This document shows, piece by piece, positions 39,701-54,014 of a stretch of DNA of 64,000 nucleotides. Below the pieces are notes generated by a model. It had not been told where the DNA came from and searched no databases. It saw only the letters and a program-made list of their open reading frames with translations. Made by a program: the position numbers and the translations under genes. The number at the start of each line of letters is the position of its first letter. Within the stretch, counting starts at the first letter, position 1. This DNA is from the human T2T-CHM13v2.0 reference genome, Homo sapiens: assembly GCF_009914755.1 (NCBI RefSeq), contig NC_060931.1. The stretch is one strand, 5' to 3'.

Positions 39701-42700
39701 ACTCCAATGGAATAATCATCGAATGGAATCGAGCGGAATCATCGAATGTACTCGAATGGAATCATCTAATGGAATCGAATGGAATCATCGAATTGAATCG
39801 AATATAATCATCATAGAATGGATTCGAATGGAATCATCGAATATACTCGAATGGACTCATCATCGAATGGAAAAGAATGGAATCATCAAATAGACACGAA
39901 TGGAATCATCATCAAATGGAATCGAATGGAATCATCAAATGGAATCATCCTCAAATGGAATCGAATGGAATGATCTAATGGACTCGAATGGAATCGTCAT
40001 TGAATGGAATCGAATGGAAACATCGAATGCACATGAATGGAATCATCATCGAATGGAATAGAATGGAATCATCATCAAATGGAGTCGAATAGAATGATCA
40101 TTGAATGGAATCGAATGGAATCATCAAATGGAATAGAATGGACTCATCTTCGAATGGAATCAAATAGAATGATCGAATGCAATCAAACGGAATCATCATT
40201 AAATGGAAACGAATGGAATCATCATCGAATGGGATTGAATAGAATCATCATCGAATAGAATGGAATGGAATCATCGAATGGACACCAATGGAACCATCAT
40301 TGAATGGAATTGAACGGAAAATTTGAATAGACACAAATGGAATCATCATCGATTGCAATCGAATGGAATCATCATCAAATGGAATCCAATGGAATCAACA
40401 TTGAATGGAATCGAATGGAATCATCGAATGCAATAGAATTGAATTATCACCGAATGGAATCGAATAGAATCATCAGAGGCAATGGAATTGAATCATCATT
40501 GAATGGAATCAAATGAAATCATCATGAAATGGAATTGAATGGAATCATCATTGAATGGAAACGAATGGAATCATCAACGAATGAAATAGAAAGGAATCAT
40601 CATCAAAAGGAGTCGAATGGAATCATCAATGAATGGAAACAAATGGAATCATCAAATGGAATAAAATGTAATCATCAACGAATTGAACCCAATGGAATCA
40701 CTAAATGGACTCGAATGGAATCATTGATTTGACTCAAATGGAATCATCATCGAATGGAATAGAATGGAATCATCGAATGTAATTGAATAGAATCATCATC
40801 GAATGGAATTGAATGGAATCATCGAATGGACCCCAATGGAATCATCATTGAATGGAATCGAATAGAATCATCATCAAATGGAATCGAATAGAATCATCAT
40901 CAAATGGCATCGAATGGAGTCATCGAATGGAAGAGAAGGGAATCATCATAGAATGGAATCAAATAGAATCATCGAATGAAATCAAATGGAATCATCATTG
41001 AATGGTATTGAATGGAATCATCATCAAATGGAATCTAATGAAGTCATCATTGAATGGAATCGAATGGAATCATCATCAAATAGAATTTCACAGAATCATT
41101 ATCGAATTTAATCTAACAGAATCATCATCGAAAGGAATCAAATGGAATCATCAATGAATAGAATCGAATGGAGTCACCAAATGGAATCTGATGGAATCAT
41201 CATTGAATGGAACTAAATGCAGTCATCATCGAATGGAATCAAATGGAATCATCAAATGGACTCGAATGGAATCATCGAATGCACACAAAAGCAATAATCA
41301 TCAAATGGAATCTAATGGAATCATCAAATGGAATCGAATGGAATCATCATCGAATGGACTCAAATGGAAATATTGAATGGAATCATATGGAATCGGAATT
41401 GACTGGAATTGAATGGAATCATCGAATGGACTCGAATGAAATCATCGGAGAATGGAATTGAATGGAATAATCAAATGGACTCGAATGGAATCAACTTTGG
41501 ATGGAATCGAAGGGAATCATCGAATGGAATCGAATGCAATCATCAGGGAATGGAATCGAATGGAATCATCATCGACTGGAATTGAATGGAATCATTGAAT
41601 GCACTCGAGAGGAATCATCGGAGAATGGAATCGAATGCAATTATCAAATTGACTAGAATTGAATCAACTTTCAATGGAATTGAATGGAATAATCGAATGG
41701 ACTTGAATGCTATCATCGAATGGACTCAAAAGCAATCATCATCGAATGGAATCGAATGGAATCATTGAATGGACATGAATGGAATTATCATCGAATGGAA
41801 TTGAATGGAAACATCAAATGGACTCGAATGGAATTATCATCGAATGGAATGGAATGGAACCATCGAATGGACTCGAATGGAATCATCATCGAATGGAATC
41901 GAATGGAATCATCATCTAATGGAATCAAATAGAATCATTATCGAATGAAATAGAATGCAATCATCATTGAATGGAATAAAATGGAATCATCATCGAATGG
42001 AATCAAATGGAATCATCAACAAATGTAATCGAATCGAATCATCGAATGGAATCTAATGGAATCATCATCGAATGAAACCAAATAGAATCATCATGAAATA
42101 GAACTGAATGGAGTCATCAACGAATTGAATCGAATGGAATCATAATCGAATGGAATCAAATGGAATCATCATCGAATTACATCTATTGGAATCAACATCG
42201 AATGGAATCCAATGGAATCACTGAACTACATCAAATGGAAAGATCATCGAATGGAATCGAAGGGAATCGTAGAATGGGATCGAACAGAATCATCGATGGT
42301 AATTGAATGGAATCATCGAATGGATTCGAAGGGAATCATCATCGAACGGAATTGAATGGAATTATGGAATGGACACGAATTGAATCATCATCAAATGGAT
42401 TCGAATGCAATCATCGAATGGACAAGAGTGGAATCATCCTTGAATGGAATCGAATGGAATCATCGAATGGCATCAAATGGAATCATAATCGAATGGAATC
42501 TAACAGAATTATAGAATGGACACGAATGGAATCATCGAATGGACTTAAGTGGAATCATCATCGAATGGAATCGAATGGAATCATCGAATGGACTCGAATG
42601 GAATCATCATCAAATGGAATAGAATGGAATCATCAAATGCAATCAAATGGCATCATTATCAAATGAAATCAAATGGAATCATCGAATGCCCTCGAATGGA

Positions 42701-45700
42701 ATCATCAATGAATGGAATCAGATAGAATCATCATCGAATGGAATCTAGTAGAAGCATTGAATGAAATCGAATGGAATCATCTTTGAATGGACTCCAATGG
42801 AATCATCATCAAATGGACTCGAATGGAATCATCTTTGAATGGAATCGAATGGAATCATCATCGAATAGAACCGAATGGAGACATCATGGAATTAGATCAA
42901 AGAGAATCATGATGGAATTGAATCGAATGGCTCATGATCGAATCGAATCGAATGGAATCATCATCATATGGAATTGAATGGAATCACTGAAAGGAAACGA
43001 ATGGAATTATCATTGAATGGAATCGACTGAAACCATCGAATGAAATCAAATGGAATCATCACTGAATGGAGTTGAATGGAATCATCATTGAATGGAATCT
43101 AATGGAATCATGAACAAATGGAATCTAATGGAATCATTGAAAGGAATCCAATGGAATCATCATCAAATAGAACTGAATGGAATCATCGAGTGGACTCGAA
43201 TGGAATCATCATCAAATGGACTCGAATGGAATCACCACCGAATGGAATCGAATGGTGATATCGAATGGACTCAAATGGAACATCAAATGAACTCGAATGG
43301 AATCATTGAATGGAATTGAATAGAATCATCATCGAAGGATATCGAATGTAACCATTGAATGGCATCGAATGGAATCATCATCGAATGGAATCGAATAGAA
43401 TCATTGAATGGAATCATCAATGAATGAAATTGAATGGAATCATCGAATGGAATCGAATGGAATCATCATGAGATGGAATCGGATGGAATCATCTAATGGA
43501 CACGAATGGAATCCTCATCGAATGCAATCAAATGTAATCATCGAATGGACACGAATGGAATCATCATTGAATGGAATGGAATGGAATCGTCATTGAATGG
43601 AATTGCATGGAATCATCAAATGGAATAGAGTGGAGTCATCATTGAATGGAATCGAATGTATTCATCGAATTGAATCGAATGGAATCATTGGTTGAAAGAC
43701 AAGGGAATCATCATCGAATGGAAACGAATAGAATCATCGAGTGAAATCGAATGGAATCATCATCAAATGGAGTCGAATGGAATCAACATCGAATGGAATC
43801 TAATGGAATCATCAACGAAAGGGATAAAATGGAATCATTGAATGCAATCCAATGGAATCATCATCAAATGGAACTTAATGGAATCATCGAATGGACAGCA
43901 ATGGAATCATCATCAAATGGAATCTAATGGAATCAATGAATGGACTCGAATGGAACCATCATTGAATGGAATCTAATTGAATCATCGAATGGAATTAAAT
44001 GGAATCATCAATGATTCGAATTGAATGGAATCATCACTGAATGGAATCAATGGAATCATCAAATGGAATCTGATGGAATCATCATTGAATGGAATTGAAT
44101 ATAAGCATCAAATGAAATCGAATGGAATCACCATCGAACAGACTCGAACAGAATTATCATCGAATGGACTCGAATGGAATCATCATCTAATGGAATCAAA
44201 TGGAATCATCATCATATGGAATTGAATGGAACCATCATGGAATGGAATCAAAGGAAGAGTCAACGAATGGAATCAAATGGAATCCTTGAATGGAATAAAA
44301 TGGAATCATCATCAAATGGAACTGAATGGAATCATCGAAGGGACTCTAATGGAATCATCATTGAATGGGATTGAATGGAACCATCCAATGAACACGAATG
44401 GAATTATCGTTGAATGCAATCGAATGGAAACATTGAATGGAAATGAATAGAATCATCATCGAATGAAATCGAATGGAATCATCGAATGGACTCGAATGTA
44501 ATCGTCATCGAATGGAATCAAATGCAATCATTGAATAGACTCGTATGAAATCATCATCGAATGGAATAGAATGGAATCCTCAAATGGAATCGAATGGAAT
44601 TCTCGAATGGCATTGAATGGAATCATTATCCAATGGAATCATCGAAGGGAAACGAATGGAATCATTATCCAATGAAATCTAATGGAATCTTCGAATGGCA
44701 TCATAAGGAATCATCATCAAATGGAATCAAATGGAATCATCTAGCGGACTCGTATAGAATCTTCATTGAATGGAATTGAGTGGAATCATCGAATGGACAC
44801 GAATGGGATCATCATCAAATGGAATCGAGTGGAATCATCGAATGGACACTAATGGGATCATCATCAAATGCAATCAAATGGAATCATCAAATGGAACCGA
44901 TAAGAATCATCACGGAACGGAATCGAATGGAATCATCGAATGGAATAGAAGGAAATCATCATCTAATGGTATCAAATAGAATCATCAAATGAAATAGAAT
45001 GGAATCATCATCGAATCGAATCGAATGGAATCAACATCGAATGTAATCGAATGGAATAAATATCAAATGGATTAGAATGGAATCTTCAACAAATGGAATA
45101 GCATTGAATCATCAAACAGCATCTAATGGAATTGTCATCACCTGGAACCGAATGGAATCATCATGGAGTGGAAACGAGTGGAATCATCCTCGAATGGAAT
45201 CCAATGGGATCATCATCGAATGGAATAGAATGGAATCATCATCGAATGGAATCGAATGGAATCATCATCACATGGAATCGAATGTAATCATCATCCAATG
45301 GAATCGAATGGAATCATCCCATGGAATAGAACTGAATCATCATCGAATTGAATTGAATGGAATCATCATCGAATGGAATCGAATGGAATCATCATCCAAT
45401 GGAATCGAATGGAATCATCCCATGGAATAGAACTGAATCATCATCGAATGGAATCGAATAGAATCATCGAATGAAATTGAGTGGAATCATCATCGAATGG
45501 AATCGAATGGAATCATCAACGAATGGAATCCAATGTAATCCTCATACAATTGAAACCAATGGATTCGTTAAGTGGAATCGAATGGAATAATAGAATGGAC
45601 TCCAATGGGATCATCATCAAATGAAATAGAATGCAATCATCGAATGGAATCAAATGGAATCATCTTTGAATGAAATCAAAGGCAGTGATCGAATGGACCC

Positions 45701-48700
45701 GAATAGAATCATCATCGAATGGAATCGAATGGAATCACCGAATGGACTCGAATGGAATCATCATTGAATGGAATCGAAAGGAAACATCGAATGGACTTGA
45801 ATGGAATCATTCAATGGACACGAATGGAATCATCATGGAATGGAATCGAATGGAATAATTGAATGGACACGAATGGAATCATCATCGAATGGAATCATCA
45901 TCAAATGGAGTCGAATGGAATCATCATTGAATGGAATTGAAATTAATCATCATCAAATGGAATCCAATGGAATTATGATCTACTGGAAACGAATGGAATC
46001 ATCAATGAATTCAATTGAATGGAGAAATCGAATGGAATCCGTTGGAATCATCATTGAATTGAACCGAAGGCATTCATCATCAAATGGAATCGAACGGAAT
46101 CATCATCAAATGGAATCAAAAGGAATCATCTTCGAATTGAATAGAATGGTATCATCGAATTGAATAGAATGGAATCATCATCAAAAGAAATCAAAGGGAA
46201 TCATCAAATGGAATCAAACGGAATCATCTAATGGAATCGAATGGAGTAATCATCGAGTGGAATCAAATGGAATCATCGAATAGACTCAAACGGATACTCG
46301 AATGGACTTGAATGGAATCATCAAATGGAATCGAATGGAATAATCGATTGGACTCGAATAGAATCATCATCAAATGATATCGGATGGAATCAATGAAGTG
46401 ACTCGAATGGAATCATCAAATGGACACGAATGGAATCATCATCGAATGGACACGGATGGAATCACTGAATGGAATTGGAAGGAATCATCATGGAATGGAA
46501 TCGAATGGAAACATGATCAAATGGAAACGAATGGAATCATCATCGAATGGAATTGAATGAAATCATCATCGAATGGAATCAAATGGAATCATCGATGAAT
46601 GGGGTCGAATGGAGTCATCGAATGGAGTCCTTTGGAATCATCATCGAATGGAACTGAATGCAAGCAGCATCGAATGGAATCAAATGGTATCATAAAATTG
46701 ACTCGATGGAATCATCATCACATGGAATCCAATGGAATCATCTAATCGACTCGAATGGAGTTGTCTTTCAGTGGAATCAAATGGAATCATCGAATGCACT
46801 CGAATGGAATCATCATTGAATGGCATCGAAAGGAATCATTGAATGGACTTGAATGGAATCATTGAATGTACTCGAATGGAATCATCATCGAATGGAAACA
46901 AATGGAATCATCGAATGGACACTAATGGAATCACCATCGAATGGAATCGAATGGAATCATCACTGAATGGAATTGAAAGGAGTTGTCATTGAATGGAATC
47001 AATAGGAATCATCATCGAATGGAATCTAATGGAATCATCATTTAATGGAAACGAATGGAATCATCAACGAATGGAATCAAATGGAGAAATCGAATGGAAT
47101 CTGATGGAATCATCATCACATGGAACAGAATGCAGTCATCATTGAATGGAATCGAATGGAATCATCAAATGGACTAGAATAGAATCATCATCAAATGGAA
47201 TTGAATGGAATTATCGAATGGACTCGAATGGAATGACCATCAAATGGAATTGAACGGAATCATCAAATGGACACAAATGGAATCATCGTTGAATGGAATC
47301 GAATGGAATCATCGAATGCCATCCAATGGAATCATGATCGAATGGAATGTAATGGCATCATTGAATGGACACAAATGGAATCATCGAGTGGACTTGAGTG
47401 AAATCATCATGAAATGGAATTGAATATATACATTGAATGGACTCGAATAGAATCATAATCGAAAGGAATTAGTTAAATCATAATTGCATGGAATCGAATG
47501 GAATCATCATCGAATGGAGTCGAATGGAATCACAATTTAATAGAATCGAATGGAATCACCGAATTGAATCAAACGGAATGATCATCGAATGGAATCGAAG
47601 GGATTCATCAAATGGGATCGAACGGAGTCATCAAATGGAATAGCTTGGAATCATCGAATGGATTCAGATGGAATCATCATCGAATGGAATCAAATGGAAT
47701 CATCGAATGGAATCGAATAGAATCATCAAATGGAATCCGATGGAATCATCAATGAATGGAATAGAATAGAATCATCAAATGAAATCGAATGGAATCATCA
47801 TCGAATGGACTCGAATGTAATCATCATAAAATATAATCGAAAGAAATCATCATTGAATGGAATCAAATGGAAACACCATCGAATTGAATCGAATGGAATC
47901 ATCATGGATTTGAAACTAATGGACTCATCATCAAATGGATTCCAATGGAATCATCGAAAGGAATTGATTGGAGTCATGATCAAATGTAATTGAATGGAAT
48001 CAATGAATGGAATCGAATAGAATCATCATTGAATGGAAACGAATGGAATCACCATAGAATGGAATTGAATGGTTTTATCGAATGGAATGAGATGGAATCA
48101 TCATCGAATAGAATAGAATAGAATCATTGAAAGAAATCGAATGGAATCATCATAGAATGGACTTGAATAGAATCATCATCTAACGGACTCGAATGGAATC
48201 ATCATCCAACGGAATCGAATGGAATCAACATCGAATGGAATCGAATGGAATCATCATGTAATTGAAATGAATGGACTCATCATCGAATGGATTCTAATGG
48301 AATCAACGAGTGGAATTGTTTGGAATCATCATCGATTAGAATCGAATGGAATCATTGAAAATAATCGATTGAAATCATCACTGAATGGAATCAAATGGAA
48401 TCATCAAATGGATTCGAATGCAATCATCAACTGGGCTTGAATGGAATCATCAAGGAATGGAATCGAATGGAATCATCGAATAGACTCGAATGGAGTCATT
48501 GAACGGACTTTAATTGAATCATCATCAAAAGGAATCGAATGGAATCATCAAATGGACTCGAATGGAATCTTTGAATGGACTCGAATGAAATCATCGAATG
48601 GACTCGAATAGAATCATAATTGGATGCAATCGTATGGAAGCCTCGAATTGAATCAAATGGAATATTCAAAAGGATATCAAATGGTATCATCAACAAATGG

Positions 48701-51700
48701 AATCGAATGGAATCATCGAATGGAATCGAAGGCAATCATCATCTAACGGAATCAAGTGGAATCATCGAATGGAATCCAAGGGAATCATCATCAAGTGGAA
48801 TCAAGTGGAATCTTCGAATGGAATCAAATGGATTCAGTGAATTGAATTGAATGGAATCACCAATGAATGGAATCGAATGGAACCATCATTGAATGCAATC
48901 GAATGGAACTTTGAATGGACTCGAACGGAATCATCATCGAATGGAATCCTGTGGAATAATCTAATGGACACGAATAGAATCATCATCGAATGGAATCGAA
49001 TGGAATCATCTAATGTACTCGAATGGAATCATCATTAAATGGAATAGAATGGAATCATTGAATGGAATCAAACGGAATCATCATAGTATGGAATCAATTA
49101 GACTCATCGAAAGGACTCGAAAGTAACCATCGGAGAATGGAATCAAATGGAATCATCGAACGGACTCTAATGAAATCATCATGGAATGGAATCGAATGGA
49201 ATCATCGAATGGAATAATCTTCGAATGGAATCGAATGGATGGAATAATCATGGAATGGAATCAAAAGCAATCATCCTCGAATGGACTCGAATGAAATCAT
49301 TGAATGTACTCGAATGGAATCATCAAATGGAATTGAATAGAATCTTTGAATGGCCCCGAAAGAAATCATCATCGAAAGGAATCGAATGGAATCATTGAAT
49401 GGACCCGAATGGAATCATGATCGAATGGAATCAAGTGGAATCATCTAATGGAATCAAATGGAATCATAATCGAATGAAAACGAATGGAATCATTGAATGA
49501 CGCCAAATGGAATCATCATAGAATAGAATCGAATGGAATCATCGAATAGACTCGAATGCAATCATCAGCGAATGGAATTGAATGGAATAATTGAAAGGGC
49601 TCGAATGGAATCATCGTCGAATGGAATCGAATGGAATCATCATCAAATGGAATCGAATGGAATCATTGAATGGAATAGAATGGAATCATAATCGAATATA
49701 ATCGAAAGCAATCATCAAATGGATTCGAATAGAATCATCGAATGGCTCGAATGGAATTATCATCAAATGGAATCAAATGGAATCATCTAATGGACTCGAA
49801 TGGAATCATAATCTAAAGGAATTAAATGGAATCATCAAATGGACTCAAATGTAATCATCATCAAATGTAAACAAACGGAATCACTGAAAGGACTCGAATG
49901 GAATCATCATCGAATGGAATCAAGGGGAATCCGTAAATGAACCCGAATGGAATGAACATCAAATGGAATTGAATGGAATCATCGAATGGATTCAAAAGGA
50001 ATCATCATCGAATGAAATTGATTGGAATCCCTGAATGGACATGAATGGAATCATCATCGAATAGAATCAAATGGAATCATCGAATTGATTCGAATGGAAT
50101 CATCATCAAATGGAATTGAAAGCAATCATCGAATGGATTCAAATGGAATTATCAAATGGACTCAAATGGAATTATCCAATGCACTCCAATGGAATCAACA
50201 TCGAACGGACTCTAACGGAATGATTGAAAGGACTCTAATGGAATCGTTGAATGGAAATGAATGTAATCATTGATAGGACTCAAATGGAATTATCGAATGG
50301 GCTCAAATGGAATCATCGAATGGACTCGAATGTAATCATTATCAAATGGAATCGAATGGAATCATCAAATGGAATTGATCGAAATCATCATCAAATGGAA
50401 TCAAATAAAATCATCGAATGGAATTGAATTCAATCATCATCAAATGGAATCGAATGGAATAATCGAATTGACTCGAATGGAATCATCGTCAAATGGAATT
50501 GAAAGCAATCATCGAATGGATTCATATGGAATTATCAAATGGACTCAAATGGAAACATCGAATTCACTTCAATGGTATCATCATTGAACGGAATCTAACA
50601 GAATGATTGAATGGACTCTAATGGAATCCTTGAATGGAAATGAATGGAAACTTTGATAGGACTCGAATGGAAACATTGATAGGACTCAAATGGAATTATC
50701 GAATGGGCTCAAATGGAATCATCGAATGGACTTGAACATAATCATTATCGAATGGAATCAAATAAAATCATCAAATGGAATCGAATGCAATCATCTTCGA
50801 AAGGAATCAAATGGAATCATCATCGAATAGAATAGAATGGAATCATCAAATGGAATCGAATGGAATCATCATCAAATGGAATCAAAAGGAATCATCAAAT
50901 GGAATCCAATGGAATCATCATCGAAAGGAATCTAATGGAATCATTGAATGGAATCATCATCAAATTGAGTCCAATGGAATCATCGAATTGACACGAATGG
51001 AATCATCATTGAATGGAATAGAATAGAATCATCCAATGGAATCAAATGGAATCATCATCAAATGGAATTGAATGATATCATCCAATGCACTCGAATGGAA
51101 TCATCAACGAATGGAATCGAATGGTGTCATTAAATGGAATACAATGGAATCATCTTCGAGTGGAATCTTAAGGATTCACTAAGTGGACTCCAATGGAATA
51201 ATCAAGAAATGCAATTGGGTGCAATAATCAAATGCACTCGAATGGTATCATCGAATGGAATCAAACGGAATCATCAAATGGATTTGAATGGAATAGTCAT
51301 CAAATGGAATCAAGTGGAATGATCGAATGGACTCGAATTGAATCACCATCTAATGGAAAGGAATGGAATCATCAAATGGGCAAGAATGGAATCAATGTTG
51401 AATGGAATCATATGGAATCATTGAGTGGACTTGAATGCAATCATTGAATGGACTGGAATGGGATCATCATCGAATGGAATCAAATAGAGTCATTGAATGC
51501 ACTCGAATGGAGTGATCAAAAGGACTCAAAAGGAAGCATCATTGAATGAAATTGATTGGAATCACTGAATGGGCACGAATGGAATCATCATCAAATGGAA
51601 TCGAAAGGAATCATCAAATTGACGCGAATGGAAACATCATCAAATGGAATTGAAAGCAATCATCGAAAGGATTCAAATGGAATTATCAAATGGACTCAGA

Positions 51701-54014
51701 TGGGATCATCGAATGCACTCCATTGGAATCATCATCGAACGGACTCTAACAGAATGATCGAATGGACTCTAATGGAATCATTCAATGGAAATGAATGGAA
51801 TCATTGATAGGACTCAAATGGAATTATCAAATGGACTCAAATGGAATCATCGAATGGACTTGAATGTAATCATTATTTAATGGAATCGAATGGAATCATT
51901 GAATGGAATTGTTCGGAATCATTGTCGAATGGAATCAAATAAAATCATCGAATGGAATCAAATGCAATCATCATCGAATGGATTCGAACGGAATCATCGT
52001 CGAATAGAATAGAATGGAATCATCAAATGGAATCCAATAGAATCTTCATAGAATGGAATCAAAAGAGTCATTAACAAATAGAATCAAATGGAATCATTAA
52101 ATGGAATCATCATCAAATGGAGTCCAATGGAATCATTGAATTGACTCCAATGGAATCATCACTGAATGGAATCGAATAGAATCATCAAATGGAATCAAAT
52201 GGAATCATCATCAAATGGAATCGAATGATATCATCGAATGCACTTGAATGGAATCATCAACGAATGGATTCGAATGGTATCATTGAATGGAATCGAATGG
52301 AATCATCTTCGAATGGAATCTAAAGGATTCACTAAGTGGACTCCAATGGAATAATCATCAAATGGAATCGAGTGTAATCATCGAATGTACTCGAATGGTA
52401 TCTTTGAATGGAATCAAATGGAATCATCGAATAGATTCGAATGGAATAGTCATCAAATGGAATCAAGTGGAATGATTGAATGGACTCGAATGGAATAATC
52501 ATCGAATGGATTTGAATGGAATCATCAAATACACTCGAATGGAATCATCATTGAATGGAAATGAATGGAATCATCAAATGGACACGAATGGAATCATTGT
52601 TGAATGGAATCATATGCAATCATCGAATGGACTTGAATGCAATCATCAAATGGACTCTAATGGAATCATCATTGAATGTAATCAAACAGAATCATCGAAT
52701 GGACTCGAATGGAGTGATCAAAAGGACTCGAAAGGAATTATCGGATGGACTTGAATGGAATCATCATCGAATGGAAAAGAATGGAATCATCAAATGGACT
52801 TGAAAGGAATTATCGAATGGACTCGAATGGAATCGTCAAATTGACCCTAACTGAATCATCATCAAATGGAAAAGAAAGGAATCATCAAATGGACTTGAAT
52901 GGAATCATCGAATGGACTTGAATGGAATCATCAAATGGACTCAAAAGGAATTATCAAATACACTCGAATGGAATCATCGAATGGACAATAATGGAATCAT
53001 CATCGAATTGAAAAGAATGGAATCATCAAATGGAGTCAAAAGGAATCATCCAATGGACTCGAATGGAATCATCATCCAATGGAATCAAATGGAATCATCG
53101 AATGTACTCAAATGGAGTCATCATCGAATGGAATCTAACGGATTCATAGAATGTACTCGAATGGAATCATCATCGAATGGAATAAAATGGAATCATCGAA
53201 TTGACTCGAATGGAGGCATCATCAAATGGCATTGAGTGGAATCATCAAATGGACTCGAGTGGAATCATCATCAAATGAAATCGAATGGAATCATCGAATG
53301 GATTTGAATGGAATCCTCATCGAATGGAATCGAATGGAATGATTGATTGGACTCCAATGGAATCATCAAATGGACTCGAATGGAATCATTATCGAAAAGG
53401 ATCAAATGAAATCATCATCAGATGGAATCAAATGGAATCATCAAAATGGAATCGAATGGAATCATCGAAGGGAATGAAATGGAATTACCATCGAATGGAA
53501 TCAAATAGAAGCATTGAATGAAATCGAATGGAATCATAATTGAATGGAATCGAATGGAATCTTCACTGAATGGACTTGAATGGAAACATCATCAAATGGA
53601 ATCGAGTGGAATCATCATCGAATGGAATCAAATGGAAACATCATCGAATTGAATCAAATGGAATCATCACGGAATTGAATTGAATGGCTCATCATCAAAT
53701 GGAATCGAATGGTATCATCGAATGGAATCGAATCGATTAATCATCTAAAGGAATCACATGGAACCATCGAATGAAATCGAAAGGAATCATCTTCGAATGG
53801 AGTCAAATGGAATTATCATCAAATGGAATCTAACGGAATCATCAACAAAGGGAATCGAAAGGAATCATCATCGAATGGAATCGAAAGGAATCACCAACGA
53901 ATGGAATCAAATGGAATCATCACAGAAAGGAATCATAGGGAATCATTGAAAGGAATCGAAAGAAATCATCAAATGGAATCAAATGGAATCATCATCGAAT
54001 TGAATCCAATGGAA
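27792..54014 (+). repeat. Human satellite 2 (HSat2/HSATII), diverged; GGAAT strand on +
   Basis: Continuous 23/26-bp-type units GAATGGAATCATC(ATC)GAATGGA(A/C)TC over ~26 kb, with frequent CpG-decay variants (ATTGAATG, ATCAAATG). Confidence 0.97.
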
